From Chiloscyllium plagiosum (taxonomy: Eukaryota), in NCBI RefSeq assembly GCF_004010195.1, contig NC_057718.1, positions 34,871,376-34,935,375 on the forward strand: 64,000 bases of DNA, given 5' to 3'. The notes below the pieces were generated by a model that had not been told where the DNA came from, searched no databases, and saw nothing but the letters and a program-made list of their open reading frames with translations. The stretch's first letter is position 1. Each line of letters starts with the position of its first letter. Made by a program: the position numbers and the translations under genes. This document shows positions 25,468-39,524 of this stretch, in pieces.

Positions 25468-26959
25468 AAAAACATAGTCATATCCATTGCTCCAAAGCAA
25501 CAATCGCATCCTCAAAATTTTAGGAAGTATTGTTGACACAAGGAATGGAGTGGAGAGGCTTGAAGGAAACAGCTAGGACAAACATTCAAGGAATTGGTGA
25601 ACTTCAGCTGCTCAGTGGACCCTTTTATTTCTCCTAACTTCAGTCAAAATATTCATGACAGATTAAAATGAGCTCACTTATGTATATCTTCAGAAAAGGA
25701 AATCTCTTTTTTTGGAATAAGAATGAGGCACCAAGGCAAAGGTTGAGGTCAAATGTACAAGAAAAGGGAAGTCAAACTCTGCAGCTGAAAGTCTGTATGT
25801 TACATTGTAAGTTATCCAGACCAGAAATAATTCCTAATAAAGCATAATTTAAGAACCATCTGGATCAAATTGTCTTAGAAGCAAGGAAATCTATTGTCCT
25901 TCTGAAAGTTTTAGATTAAAGGGGACCTTGTACTTTTAAAAATACATTTAGATCAATGCGAGCGTGCAATAAAACATAACCGAGGGCAGTTGCAATAGTT
26001 CCATATCCAAGTTTGTTTCAAAAGAAATTTTAAAAATCTACATTTAAATCTTGGTGTTGTGGAAATTAGACAGGCCAACACAGAATGGCATTAACAGCAG
26101 CTGAAGATAGAAATTAATATCACAAACCATCCTCCCCTCAGATGGAGGTGAATGATCAAAGGATGGGAAAAAATACTGTCACAGAACATTTCCTCTAGTT
26201 GTTATGGGACCAGTTACACTGCTCCTCTGGTATTCAGTGCACCTGCATCCCACTGAGTGAGCTTACCCAACAGCTTCAGGTCAATTCATTGAGATGTTGC
26301 TATGGCACTTGCAGCTCCGAGAGGTATGCACACCAAAAGGATCAAGAACCAATGTGTCAGAGCTGGATACAGGTGAATTGTCCAAAAATAGACACGATTA
26401 CATAAACAATTCAACACTTTCATATACTAGTTTTTCTCGGCTCTGAATGGAAGGCTTACAAACGAAGCTAAGCCCCTTAAGGGGGAAAGTCTGACCAAAT
26501 AGTTGCTGCTTGATGTATTACAACTTAGGCACAGTGGGGCTTCAACCTAATATAGGCCAAGTGGAAATAGCTGTCCTTAACATGAAGGGAGTATTTGATT
26601 GAGGTTAGCACCAAAGATTATAGAATCACTGCAGTGCAAATAACAGCTGATCGGCCATCGAGTCTGCACCCACCCTCTGAAGAGCAACCTGAAGTCAGTG
26701 GGAATCAGGGAGAAAATGATTGGAGTCATACCCAGTCGAACGAAGCTAAGTTGTTGTTGTTGTTTGAGGTCAATCATCACAGCCCCAGGAGATTGCTGCA
26801 TAAGTTCCTCAAGGGAGTGTCACACTCCAGACTGAAGGTTCTAATTGACGTCACACACCATCCTGATTTGGAAATGTATTATCGTTCCTTCGTTGTCACT
26901 GACCCAAAATACTGGAACTTTGTCCATGAGAAAACTGTGGACTGAATCTTACATTTCCT

Positions 26960-29900
26960 TTGGCTTTGTCTGGGTTATGTTGAGGTTTTTGCAGGAATTT
27001 CTGCTGTGAGGCCGAGCGAGTTTTCTTGCTACATGTTACAAATTTGCCTCATTAACCCCCTACTCCACTTCTGTGGCCTCCTTCATGTCTGATTCCGACC
27101 CTGTCTTATTACAGTTCCCGGAACAACTCACCTCTCACTGGACATCCATTGGAAAACTAGCATTGCTTGCGCTCTCCGCCATTTTAGAAAGGCTGCTGTG
27201 CATCTTGACAAGTGGCAGAAAACTGATATTGCCACTTGCTTGTAATATAATGGGACAGCTCAGTGCACACGACACATTTTCTTTTCCTAATCAATCTGAT
27301 GAGTGATATTTTGACACACCTTTGGGGCATGTACTACTTGAACCCCAGCCTCCTGGCTCAAAGACTAGAGCGCTACCACTGTGCAACATGTCCTTCCTGA
27401 CATGTCTTAAACTCACTCATGCATGCACACAACCTTGTTCTCTCACCCTACCCATTGTTTAACTGACACACTACCCACTTTCATTCCCCAGGAAACCTAT
27501 GTTGAGAAAATTCAGGATCCACATGAGAAGCTGAGGGGCCCTGTGGCTGAACGTCTCGGCAGTGGTCTGCTCCTGGGCATACTATCAGTTCAATCCCCTT
27601 CCCTATGAAGGCAGATACAGCAACAAAGGTGACACCACTCCCTGCTTTGGGAATCCAAGGAGCGAAAGAGATTCTTAGGTCTTAGGAGAGTCAGAGTTGT
27701 CATTCCCTGCAGATGAGGGGCTGCACACACTCCTCCATATGGTGAGACATGGCCCCCGATATTGAGGGCTGTCAGTCCATTGTTCATTCAGCTTCAGAAT
27801 GTGCACCAATTGGCGAAGGTGCCACAGCAGCTGAATGATCAGGCCATGCCACCAAAAAGGCAGTGTCTGCTGTGCTTCCCATCCCAGACCCACATCAATC
27901 ACTCACATTTCCAGTACAGACCATTGTTACACTGACATAACAAGTGGTTAAAAATCACACAACACCAGGTTATAGTCCAACAGGTTTAATTGGAAGCACT
28001 AGATTTTGGAGCACCAGTCCTTCATCAGGTGATTGTGTTCACTTCCAATTAAACCTGTTGGATTATAACCTGGTATTGTGTGATTTGTAACTTTGTACAC
28101 CCCAGTCCAACACTGGCATCTCCAAATCATAACAGATGGTGATGAAGTGACAGTCTGTGTCTCCACAACACCCATGGAAGTTCCACAACTAATGGTTCCT
28201 TTTCGACTAACATTGGCCTTTTTAACTTGATTGCTGCTGACTTCAGAATCAATGAGATAATTCTAAGCAATTTACAAGAATTAATGGCAAATCAGCACTT
28301 GACTCCTAAGCACCTTCATTCTGCATGTGTAACAAGTAGATATGAACTAAATATGAAATGGAGCTGGAGTTTGCAAACAGCTGCATCAAGTATTTGGGGG
28401 ATGCCAGAATGTTGAAGGAAGAAACATGGAACCCTCCCACCCCGACACCACCAACCACCCATCCAGGCAATTGTTCCTGCCATTTTCTGGTACTTCACAT
28501 CTAAAGAACGGTAAATGATGAAGGGAATATATCTCATGGTGGACACAGACCAGCATCAGGGCTTACCTGGTCACCAGGTCTCCTCCATGTTCTCTTTCAC
28601 CAACAACCAATTTCCACTGGTACCCCTCATATGGAGACTCATCCCATTGAATTTAGCCTCCAACTGTCCTCCCTGTCCACCCTAATGATACCCATCTACT
28701 CCTCTATGTTCTCCCTGTGGAGGTGGTCCCTTCCGTTAATCCCCATAGTGTAGCCTATTATACCCTACACAGCTGTGCCCCATACACCTTGTGATCGCCC
28801 TAATACTGACCTTGCCCTCACCTCTACAAATGCCTCTGCTTCCCTCCACTCCCGTGCCCAGCCCTGACTCCCTATCCCTTGTCCCAATGATCTCCCCTAT
28901 TGTCCTTTCAGGCCCACCTTGATTGGTCGATTAATAGACACCCCCCCACCCTCACCCAGGCCTGTATTTGCCCCAAACCTGTAAAACATCTCTGAGCAGC
29001 CCCTAGACCTGACTGACCAGACCCCAACCAAAGGAATGCAATTCCCCTGACTGCTTGTGCTGGTCCCACAGGACTGGCTATTGCCCTTTCCTTGGACTGC
29101 AGTCAGGCAGATTCCCTGATCGTGAACATTCCAAGTCCAGTCTGTTTACAAAACTGTGCTCATGAGTGATACTACCACAATACCCTGATGGACAGTACCC
29201 TCACTTAAGTGAGGAAGGATTTGACTCCAACATGGCGACTTGGCTGAATGAACGTGCAGTGTGTTTGCTGCACAGGCAGCTGCCATGTGCTATTAGAGTG
29301 ACAGTTCCACGTGCTATACAGCAAATGTCTCCCCACACGGACGGGTTCTGACTGACAAATATGGTTTGCAGTCTGCCTTTGTGCCTGTGCGGAAGAGCAC
29401 AACAATGCAGCATGACTGATAGCTTTGCCCCTGCTGAAGCACCAGAGTGCTAACTGTGCAGACATGGATGCTGCAGGTAGGCATTAAGTATGTGGACATG
29501 AAGGGAGCAGCCCTGAGATGCAGCCAGATCCAATCTGTGAGCTGAGTGCCTGTGCCTGAGCATAGATATCCTTGCTGCAGCCCTTCAATGCCAGTTGCCA
29601 ATGTGCACGCCATTGTGGGTCTGAGCATCTGTCTCTGTATCAGAATGGTGACTTTGAGGGTTTGGAATGGAGGGTGCCAATGTTTATGGCCAAATGGTGC
29701 ATTTGGTTTGGAGATCCTGTATCATACTGTGAGATGTCGCTTGGTTATGTACATCATGGAGATCGTTCAGAACAAGTGGAGAGCTGAATCTGCCAGGTAC
29801 CTGCTCAGGTTTCCAGGTCAGATTTTCTCAATGTCTAACTTATTTGACGTATGTGTCAAAATAAGTTGCGAAATATTAATGAGGCAAATTAGGCTGTTAG

Positions 29901-30060
29901 CAAAGTGTTTATCAAGCAATAACTCCCTTTGTTAGCACCATTCTGCTTTTCGAAATCTCAAAAGGCGTAACATACAAAATGGAACAAAACCACTTTGATG
30001 GGCCACACCAGACTTTTCATCCTATTCTGACACAAATCTTGCCAAAGGCACACAGGGGCC
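26960..30060. mobile_element. Possible ancient Harbinger-like DNA transposon remnant(s)
   Basis: GC-richer block. 27630-27840 loosely resembles a decayed Myb/SANT-like ORF1. No intact frame. Confidence 0.25.
27943..28127. mobile_element. Short fold-back PLE derivative (family B)
   Basis: Arms 27948-27996 and 28042-28090 are inverted. Degenerate HHR on the minus strand at 27997-28031 (stem I cac/gtg). Flanking cataaca at 27936-27942 and 28128-28134. Confidence 0.85.
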
Positions 30061-31394
30061 TCATGTACTCACAATCAATTTACAGATTCTTGGCCTGAAA
30101 ATGCTAAGATGCAACGGGCTACATATATCATCCTCCAGCCAATGGCACAAATATTTCATCTGGTTGCTATATCTGGCAAAATTGATGGTGGAGTCTCCTA
30201 TCACATTGATCAATTCATCTACGGATGGAATGCACAGGTACCCATCTACAGATGGGTGCACCAGAACACTCACTGCCATCCTGCCTCTGGTTCTAAGCAG
30301 TGCCTAGACAGGAAGGAAGACCCAAACTCCAACTTCCTACCCCGTTTCCATGTGAAGCCCTTCGGTGTCCAGTTAATGACCAACTAATGGCCTCCTCCCA
30401 CCTGAGCTGAAATTACTTCATCTCCAGATGGGACAAGGAAGTGTTGGCCAACCTGCCTACTGATGAAGGCCCACAGACTTACTGCCAGTTTGGGGGCAGA
30501 ATGGGAGGCTTATTTTGGGATGTTCTCAGTCTCTACTGATTTGTGTACAACTAAGGAAATGGACCTGGGACAGATGAGGGTCACCCCCTCTTCCTTGATT
30601 CCAGCTTCCCCCTAGCCTTCTCTCCCTGCTACCCCTGCTCTGTGAGGCCCACCCTCTTCAAACCTATACTCACTGTTCCCATGAACGGTTTCTCATCCTG
30701 GGAGTCCGGGAGATGTGGTAGTGGCAGAAGCCACAGGCTCCACTGAGGCACAGCTGAATGCTGGAGCTGCTAATTCGTCACTGCCTGGCTGTTCTTAGCG
30801 GTGGGTACCTCTGTCCGAATGCCAGTAGACAGCTCATTGGCAAGTCATTGGTACCTGACTGCTGGAAGATCCGGTGGGTTTTCTTACTTTTGTATGGCAG
30901 GGCTCTCTCTCATGCTTTCGGACATAGTTATTGGAGACACATTGATGGGAGAACCACCTTTGGACAGAAGTACGTGGCTGAATGTAAGGCTTCTTGTGGT
31001 GCAGTGGTACTGTCCCTAACCTTGAGTTAGGAGTCCCAGGTTTAAGTTCCACCCACTCTGGTGTGTTTAATAACCTCTCAGAACTGGCTGATCAGGAAAG
31101 TATCTCCTGTTGCACATGTCACATTGGAAGCCAGAGGAAGTAGAGAATTGAGTTGGATTGCACAGCAGGCACTTGGGGATCTGATGTTGTAACTTCACAG
31201 CCTCAGATTCCATCTAATGAACCGAGCTGGCATGATGCTGTCATAATCCATCTGGGCTCTTCATATTCCAGGATCCTAAGGTGACATTTAACTTGCGTTT
31301 TGTAAACACTTTTTTGGTCCAACTCTAATCAGCATGTAGATGCTATGTCCAGAATAAGCATCTAGTTCTTTTTGATTAAAAGACATAGTGTTAG

Positions 31395-31507
31395 ATGCAT
31401 TAGTCAGAGGGAAATGGGTCTGGGTGGGTTACTCCTCGGTGGGTCGGTGTGGACTGGTTGTGCTGAAGGGCCTGTTTCCATGCTGTAGGGAATCTAATCT
31501 AGTCTAA
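31395..31507 (+). mobile_element. HE1 SINE 3' fragment
   Basis: gcattagtcagagggaaatgggtctgggtgggttactc...gaagggcctgtttcca...aatctaatct. Confidence 0.75.
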
Positions 31508-31630
31508 ACTGTGGATGCTGGAAAAGCTGAAACAAAACCAGAAATTGTTGGAGAAACTCAGTAGGTCAAGCAGCATCTGTGGAGAGAAAGCAAAGTTACT
31601 GTTTTGGGTCCTTCCTCAGAACAGTTCTGT
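31508..31630 (-). mobile_element. PLE family C terminal fragment with deleted HHR stem II
   Basis: cagaaattgttggagaaactcagtaggtcaagcagcatctgtggagagaaagc...cttcctcagaac. Confidence 0.6.
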
Positions 31631-31819
31631 TTTATTTCTTTTCGATTACGCTCTCAAATCCAAACGTATTGAGGATATCAGTGCTGAGCATTTCGCTCTG
31701 CACCTTGATAGCAGCTACTACTTGGTGAAAGTGCCAATGGAAATGGTCAGGTCAGTCTGATGTGACAACAGAAGCAGATCAATGACTGTGAACCACATAG
31801 TAGAGTGATGAAGCTTGGC

Positions 31820-32008
31820 TTGGCAAAAGTGAGGACTGCGGATGCTGGAAACTAGAGTTTAGATCAAAGTGATGCTGGAAAAGCACAGCAGGTCATGCAG
31901 CATCAGAGGAGCAGGAAAATCGACGTCTCGGGCAAAAGCCCGATTTTCCTGCTCCTCAGATGCTTTCTGACCTGCTATGCTTTTCCAGCACCACTCTGAT
32001 CTAAAAAC
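31820..32008. mobile_element. Short fold-back PLE derivative (family A) with 14-bp TSD
   Basis: Arms 31858-31922 and 31941-32005. Turns at cgggcaaaagcccg (HHR stem II). TSD tgatgaagcttggc at 31806-31819 and 32009-32022. Confidence 0.9.
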
Positions 32009-34911
32009 TGATGAAGCTTGGCATTGAGCTACGTCAGTCATCAGATCACTGCTAATTTCTGCTGGTATTCCTGCTTGAATTTGTTAACAGTGGAATTGGG
32101 TCAGATGTTGCCTGAGGTATACCATAGGGAAATAATAACAAGGTAGCAGAAATTGTCCATGGCATTAAGTGATAGCTTATTAATGGTAAACACGACATGG
32201 ATAACTGTGTGACCCGACCAAGATGCATCTGTGACTTTATTCAACTGCTTCCCAACCCCTTTGCTCATTTAATAGAGCATTTTGGACTTAGTAGCAAAAT
32301 TGTAAGGTTTTTTGAAAGAAAGAACATTCAATAACATGGAAAATCTCCTGCTGCTTTTAGGATCTCACATGGTGAAAAGAGTTTTTTTTTCCCCTTACTA
32401 ATTAGTAAACAATTTTTCTATAAAAAGCACTTTGAATAGGAATTCATGGTTTCAGGAATTCATATTTACACAATGAAATTTATGTCATAAAAAGACCAAG
32501 TTCAGTTTTGGGCATTTTTTATTCAAAGTATTCCTTCATTTTATGTGCCAAAGTAACTTATGATAGACTTAACAAAATATGGTTCGACATTTTCCGAAAC
32601 TTTAATTTTCTTACCTGTTTATATACACGAGACTGAGCCTGCCTTTATAGCCCTATGAGATTCCTGACAAGAGCTGACCTCTTGTGTCTTGGAAAGGTAC
32701 CAATGAAAACAAAGCGCCATGCTTTTAGACTGAAGTGTTAGTCACTCTGAAGCTGCAGGATGCTGAGAAATTTTGCCACATTCTGGAGCAGGGAGCATAG
32801 TTTCCTGGGTTACTGCAGATCCAAATACAATCCACAGGAAATTGCATTAAGCTATTTACTTTAAAAATAGCTAAGGTTACAGCTTACTTTAAGATTGGAA
32901 AGCTAATCCATTAGTAATGAAAGCACCGTGTCCAAAAGTTTAAAATTGGATAGAAACTTCTAATGCTGCATTTTACACTGTGTTGAATGGTTGGATTGTG
33001 GCTGAGCCTCAGCATAGGACATCATCATTGGAGCAGTCCATTGCATGAGCACTATTGGTATCTCCTGCCTTCGAGGTTCAATGAATAAGTGCATTCTGAA
33101 GCACAGCACCAAGTCATACAGACTAGTCCCTTATTTTGATAATTATTTCAATTTGATTCGGACATGGATCAATTCCACTTTGAGCTTCAGTATCCCTTGA
33201 TGACTAGACTAGGACACCCAGATTTGATCAATATTCAGCAGTTCAGCTGAAATTTACGTTTGTATGGATGGGTATGAAAATTAAGATTAGGATTCAGTCT
33301 TGCTGCACATCCACCCACAATGATGGCATTGATTTGCAATAGCTTGCTATGTAAATATAAAAACTACTAACTTGGACAGGGTGCTGAATATGGAACTGTT
33401 GTCAGCTGAAGTGGTGGAAACAGACTGAGAAAGGTTATTGGTGCTGAAGTTTAAAAAAAAAATCTTTGGGGTAATTTCTCTACTTTAGGTGCAGATTGCA
33501 TTGGTTGTTCAAAATTAAGTCATAGTTCAAGGTTCCAAACAAACTCATCTGCTTAATTGCAAATGTAAATTTTCCATGACCAAACACAACATTACAGAAG
33601 ATAATGTTGCATAATAAGAAATACTCATTGATATTTTTAGGAGTGAAAACTTGATCAAATTTTAAAGTTGCAGCTGAAAATGGGTTAAACCCAAAAATAA
33701 TTTAATAGGATTGTCCAGGGCACCATGTAATTAAATTGATTTTAAAATTACTGAAATTATTGAAGAAAAATCAATGCTGATCCATTTACTAATTTTACTG
33801 ATGTGCACTAGTTTCTTAATAATGTAAATATGGTATTAATATTTTAAAATGTTTACAACATGACAATCTGTGTCTTTGTTTCCAAGTGCACAAGAACAAA
33901 TTGATAATTGTCCTGAGAGGATCACAAGTGAATGAAAACTCAGTATGTACATTGTTTTGGTCAGAGGTGTGGCCAGTTTTGAAGGCAAGCAGTTTTCAAT
34001 ATGATTTTTAATTTAAACCAACATTAATGACTGTAATATTTATGCTGGACTGTAGCTTTAGCTTCAAATGCCACAATCTTTTTATGTGGTTTGGCAAATT
34101 GTACACAATCTAGTGAGATTCTGGGCCTTTCTGCTTACTATGCTGTCTCACAAATAAAATTACAAATTACATTAAATTAACTTTATTGTCACATGTACTC
34201 AAATAAGTACAGTGGAAAGTTTATAAGTCAACACTTACAGTACAAAGGTAGCTAGGTACAATCTGTAGTTGCAGAAAAGAGGAACCAAGAAAGAAGGTTA
34301 CATTACAGCTATCCTCAGTGTAACTATAGGTCAGAAAAACAAAGTTAAAAAGACAAGCGTTACAGTCTCTCTCCAAAGTCTCTCCACAGCAGAGCGGTTC
34401 AGGAGCCACCATGTGTCTGACTGCTGGCTGGCTGCCACCATGTTCTACACCAGGCTGTTGTCCCCAGTCCTGCACCACGCTGCTGCTGCATGCTCTTCCA
34501 ATATTCTTGGAAGAAGAATATTCAGCTTGCCAGAACAGCTTTCTCCTTCAGCTATTGGGTGAAATGTGCAATATTGGTTCATATTCATTGCTTTTTCTAT
34601 TTCATTAAATGATTTAAAATAAAGGTACTCTGGAGTTCAAGCGCTTTGCACACACAGGAAATGCACACAAATTGCCAGCATAAGGAAAGGACGAATGAAA
34701 TGAATAGGTGCACTAGGGATACAATTCCCATTGTTGAATGCCCACTGCCAATGCGGTTCACAGGAAACTGGAAACGAACAAGGAGCCAGAATTGAACAAA
34801 TGCAGAAAACTTAAGTTACAGAGATAGACAGGAGTGAGTTCATTAGAGGAAATTAGATACAAAGATGAGAACTTTAGATTTGAAGTGTTGTTAGACTGAA
34901 AACCATTGTAG

Positions 34912-35114
34912 TCAAGAGTGTGGTGCTGGAAAAACATAGCAGGTCAGGCAGCATCCGAGGAGCAGGAAAATTGATGTTGCGGGCAAAAGTCCTATATCAT
35001 TTTGCTCGAAACATCAATTTTCTTGCTCTTCAGATGCTGCCTGACCTGTTGTGCTTTCCAGCCCCACAGTCTCGACTTTAATCTTCAGCATCTGTAATCC
35101 TCACTTTCACCTGG
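34912..35114. mobile_element. Short fold-back PLE derivative (family A) with 12-bp TSD
   Basis: Arms ~34911-34988 and ~35000-35076. Turns at HHR stem II. TSD aaaccattgtag at 34900-34911 and 35115-35126. Confidence 0.9.
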
Positions 35115-35349
35115 AAACCATTGTAGGTCATTGTTGGCAAAGAAGGTAAGAGGAGGGTGGATCCAAAGATAAAAGAGGAAAAGGGAGAAGAATAACCATA
35201 ATTTTAAAACATTGCCGAAAGCTTCTCAGTGATTGGAAATTTATTGAGTAAATAGCAGAACTATACAGATTAGAAAACCATTTGATGCAATCGCCAGCCT
35301 TCACTGTGTTCAAGTGTTACAATTAGCCTCAACACTTCTAAAACAGAAG

Positions 35350-35980
35350 ATTATAGATTTCAGAGCAGAATTAGGCCATTCAGCCCATCAGGTCCGTCCA
35401 CCATTTGATCACAACTGGTAAGTTGCTCAATCCCATTCTCCTGCCTCTTCCTGAAACCTTTGATCCCCTCATTAATCAAGAACCTATCTCTGTCTTAAAT
35501 GCACTCAATGTTTTGGTCTCCACAGCCTTCTTTGACAGTAAATTCCACAGATTAACCACCCATTGGCCGAAGAAATTCCTCCTCATCTCAGTTCTGAAGA
35601 GTTATCCCTTCACTCTGAGGCTCAAATGACAAAGCCATCATTCCCAGATACTTTTGTATAAGTCTCCTCTGGACCCCCTTCAATGCCCGTATATCCTTCC
35701 TTCGTCACAGGACCCAAAACTGCTCATAAAATCCCAAATGCATTTGACCACAGCATTTTACAGCCTAGACAGTGCATCACTGCTTTTGTATTCTAGCACC
35801 CTTGAAATAAATGTCAATAATGATTTTCCTTCCTAACTCCCAACTTGAACCTATAGGTCAATCTTAATCCTGAATTAGGACTCCTAAATCCTTTTGTATT
35901 TCTGATTTTCAAAACCTTTCTCCATTCAGACAATAGTCCACACCTTTCTTCTTCCTAACAAATTGTATAACTCACAGTAG
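35350..35980 (-). mobile_element. CR1-like LINE 3' fragments
   Basis: gcagaattaggccattcagccc...aaattccacagatt...gaagaaattcctcctcatctc, related to the reverse complement of 61430-61700. Confidence 0.75.
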
Positions 35981-36455
35981 ATTTGTCACTGTGATGCAAT
36001 CACATCAGGACATGAAGCTCCAACCTTCTGATAGCATCCTGATTAATATGAAGTCAGACACCTTATCCTCAAGGCCATGTGACCTACTAACAAGGAGGGA
36101 AAAGGAAAAACAGCTAGTTGTCATTTTTAAGTGATAGATGAATTACTGTCCAAATAATATTTTACAAATTAAATACTTCCAGGAGGTAATACCACAGACA
36201 TAAGCACTCATACATCTTGGCATTAGATTGAAGGTAAATATTTGGTGCTTAAGTATGCAGTACGTTTGGGATCCATTTTAAAAAACATGATTTGTATTTT
36301 AGTTTCTCAAAACAATGTAAGTTTCTTTAGCTGGTTATCATTCTTATGGTGTTGGACTTATTGGCAACAGCTTGATGTAAGACTCCCTTGAATGAAGCGT
36401 TTTACAAATTAACTTAATAAGTTACAAATGTACAGACCCAGAAGAAACAAATGTA

Positions 36456-36595
36456 AAAAATAAAAGCAAATTACTGCGGATGCTGGAATCTGAAACCAAA
36501 AGAGAAAATGCTGGAAAATCTCAGCAGGTCAGGCAGCATCTGTAAGGAGAGAAAAGAGCTGACGTTTTGAGTCTAACTGACCCTTTATCAAAGCT
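36456..36595 (-). mobile_element. 140-bp non-autonomous PLE derivative (family C-like) with 12-bp TSD
   Basis: TSD gaaacaaatgta at 36444-36455 and 36596-36607. The 5' end coincides with the first base of HHR stem I. Confidence 0.85.
36557..36595 (-). ncRNA. Hammerhead-like motif with U3/A8 core variant (G12 mutated in this copy)
   Basis: AGCT-TTGATAA-a-GGGTC agtta GACTC-aAAA-cg-TC-AGCT. Confidence 0.55.
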
Positions 36596-36838
36596 GAAAC
36601 AAATGTAGACCCTTTGACCAACTCCATAGTTTGAAAAATAGTGCTTTATGCAATCTCAAAACCGACAATCCTTTCCTTTTTAAACGTTGTCTAGTTTCCC
36701 CTCAAATTTGTTGTCACTATCCATACTTAGTGCCTTATTGGGCATTTTGTTAGATTTATTCATGGAACATTCACCCTCTTCTGTCACAAAATCTGCAGAT
36801 GCTGAAAATCTGGAATAACAAAAGAAAGTACAAGAGTT

Positions 36839-37146
36839 GGGGCAGAACAGTGGCTCAGCGGTTAGCCCTGCTGCCTCACAGCACCAGGGACCTGGATTCA
36901 ATTCCTGCCTTGGGCAACTGTCTATGTGGAGTTTCCACGTTCTCCCGGTGACTGTGTGGGTTTCCTCTGGGTGCTCTGGTTTCCTCCCACATTCCAAAGA
37001 TGTGCAGGTCAGGTGAATTGGCCATGCTAAATTGCCCATAGTATTAGGTGCATTAGTCAGGGTGGGTTATTCTTCAGAGGGTCAGTGTGGACTTGTTGGG
37101 CCGAAGGGCCATTTCCACACTATAGGGAATCGAATCTAATCTAATC
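36839..37146 (+). mobile_element. HE1-type SINE inserted into an older PLE family C fragment
   Basis: A box tggctcagcgg, B-box-like gattcaattcc, tail aatctaatctaatc. PLE halves lie at ~36786-36830 and ~37147-37220. Confidence 0.9.
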
Positions 37147-38816
37147 AAAATACTTAGCAGGTCAAGCAGCAACCATGGGAAAGAAATAGAGTTAATCTTT
37201 CAGATTGATAACCTTTTGTTTGTCATTCATATCCCTCGTTTCAGATATCCTTTTTTAATATATAATCAGACTTACTTTCAAACACAGCCTGTTATCAGAT
37301 TTAGTTTCAATGGACCTTATTCGTAACAATCATTTTTGATGTGAAACTTGTTATCAGATTTAAAGTCAATAGAACCCATTGCTATCAGTGAGGTTTTTGT
37401 ACAACTACAAAGAGTGCTTTTAGCGGAAAAGTTATTGATCTCAGCGCCAAATGACATTCAGACCCTTGGTGAGATTTGGTGCTTCATGTGAGGAGTGGCA
37501 CTTATTGGAAGTTTGTAAACTTTGCATTTTAATCCATTATTTGGAAAAGCTTCTTTGGTACCTTACAAACTTGTGTTGTTTATGTTTAATTTGGAGTTAT
37601 AATTTTTCAAGGGTTAATTGATAGGAATTAACTAATGTCCTTTTCATGGGGCTTTTTCAAATCCCTCGCCATAAACTTTGGGAGAAGTTTATAAAGTTGT
37701 ATGGCAGGAATGCCCCAATTAAATAATATGTGTAGCAGTCAGAGTTTGGAGAATTATCCATGTTGCTTTCGGACTGCACGCGAACGAGGTTACATCTCAA
37801 AATTTTATATAAGCACGTAATAAAATTGAAATGTTTGCTGAGCAGAAATGTTCCTACAATACTGTCCTCTCCCAGCACTGTAACAATGTCTGTACTTCCT
37901 AGCTACGGTATAATTTCACAATCATTAGTCAGTTCTAGGACATTACTCAAATGACCATGCTTTGGGAATGAGGCAAGATAAGAAGTGCAAGGACATTAAC
38001 CAGATATGGAAGAAAGGACATCACAGATCAACCTAATCCCAGTCTTACTCAATAACTAAAAAAATTCAGAAAGTAATACTGGATTAAATTCAGATTAACC
38101 AATGGTCTAATTCCTAAGTCAAACACATTGCAGCTAATTGCAATAGCCTCACAAAAAGTGTGAAGATCGAGTAAAACATAATAATTGTGCAATTGCTTTC
38201 AACTTTGTATAAACATATAGCGCTGCTCAACCAGAAACAATGTAGAGCGGTTCCCTACATAATTCTCAAAATCAAACCCAACCTTAAGAAGACCATCACC
38301 TGTTGCACTAAAATGACCTTCTTCTTCCTGCTTTGCCTCTTCTCTCTCGCAGACTTGAGCTAGGTTATTGCGTAACTTGCACTTGTCCATTAATAACTGG
38401 ATTGAAACTGCTCAATACTCATTTTATTGGAAGTCTTTAACAGCTGGTAAACAGAGGAAACATTGATTCCATCTGTTTGATCTGGATACAATTCAAGGTT
38501 CTTAAGATCAAAGGATTGATCTTTTTGCACACTGTACCATCCAATCCTATAACTCTGAAGGCTATTTTATTTGAACTGTGTGCGTTAAGTAGAATATATC
38601 ATTTTAATGAGTAATTTGAAATGCAATCCATGTTTTTGGGAATGGGTGTACTGCATATAGATGCATGTTTGTATTTGCCCCTGCATCCTTCCATCTCATA
38701 TTTATCAAGAGACCATCTTGCTATATTCAGGCAGTTTTCTAGCACTAATTTTGTCAGTTTGACACTTTAGTGGTTCAGTTTGTTTTCTGAGAATGAGACA
38801 TACTTACACTAATTAC

Positions 38817-39125
38817 TGGGTGGCATGGTAGCACACTGTTTGGCACTGCTGCCTCACAGAGCCAGGTACCCCAGGTTTGATTACAGCTTTGTCAAAACTT
38901 CACACAGACAGTCACCCATGCTCCTTCTCGGTTCTGTGTTTCCTCCCACAGCCCGAAGATGTGCACGTTAGATGCACTGGCCATGGTAAAAATTGTTCAT
39001 TAGTGTGTGGGTTAGGCACAGTAAAAACCCAATATGAGGTTGTGGAGATGGGGTGGGAAGTTTTTCAGAGGGTCCAAGTAGACTTGATGGGCCTAATGGC
39101 CTTTTTCCAGCCGCCAATGTTTCCA
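38817..39125 (+). mobile_element. Degenerate HE1-like SINE
   Basis: gggtggcatggtagcacactg...gcactgctgcctcacag...tcctcccacagcccgaagatgtgcacgttag. Confidence 0.7.
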
Positions 39126-39524
39126 AAGAAATAGCATTGTGTTTTAAATCTCAAAGTGCAAGCCTGGCTCACAACTGATTTAAGCAAATCTAAAGAGGAT
39201 ATATTTGATAGTTTCCAGACTTTGACTGACTAAAATACATTGCATTGCAGCAATACAATAATAAACAAAAATACAATCGTTGAATTTACAATAAATAGAT
39301 ACAATTACTTGAAAGCATGTGATGTGCATTATCATTTGGTTGTCTCTCCTTCACCCTGAAAATCTGGACTTCCAATGGGTCAGCTTCTAAAGGCATCAGA
39401 AATCCTTTAGTTTCTCATTCGTATTAGCTACTTGACATTGGTCGTGAATATCAACGGGCCATTAAACTATGGCGGGCAGCAAAGCCAAGGCATTTCTTAT
39501 CCCCCCCTCACCAAAATACACAAT

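Noticed and set aside
31820..32008. MITE or DNA transposon interpretation of the short palindromes
   Set aside because: Arms are asymmetric, TSD lengths vary from 7 to 16 bp, and the sequence matches the PLE terminal repeat at 8487 and 9310.
38199..38460. Minus-strand ORF MDKCKLRNN... with a good upstream acceptor
   Set aside because: All three frames downstream of the acceptor (~38444) hit stops before the ATG, and there is no recognisable homology.
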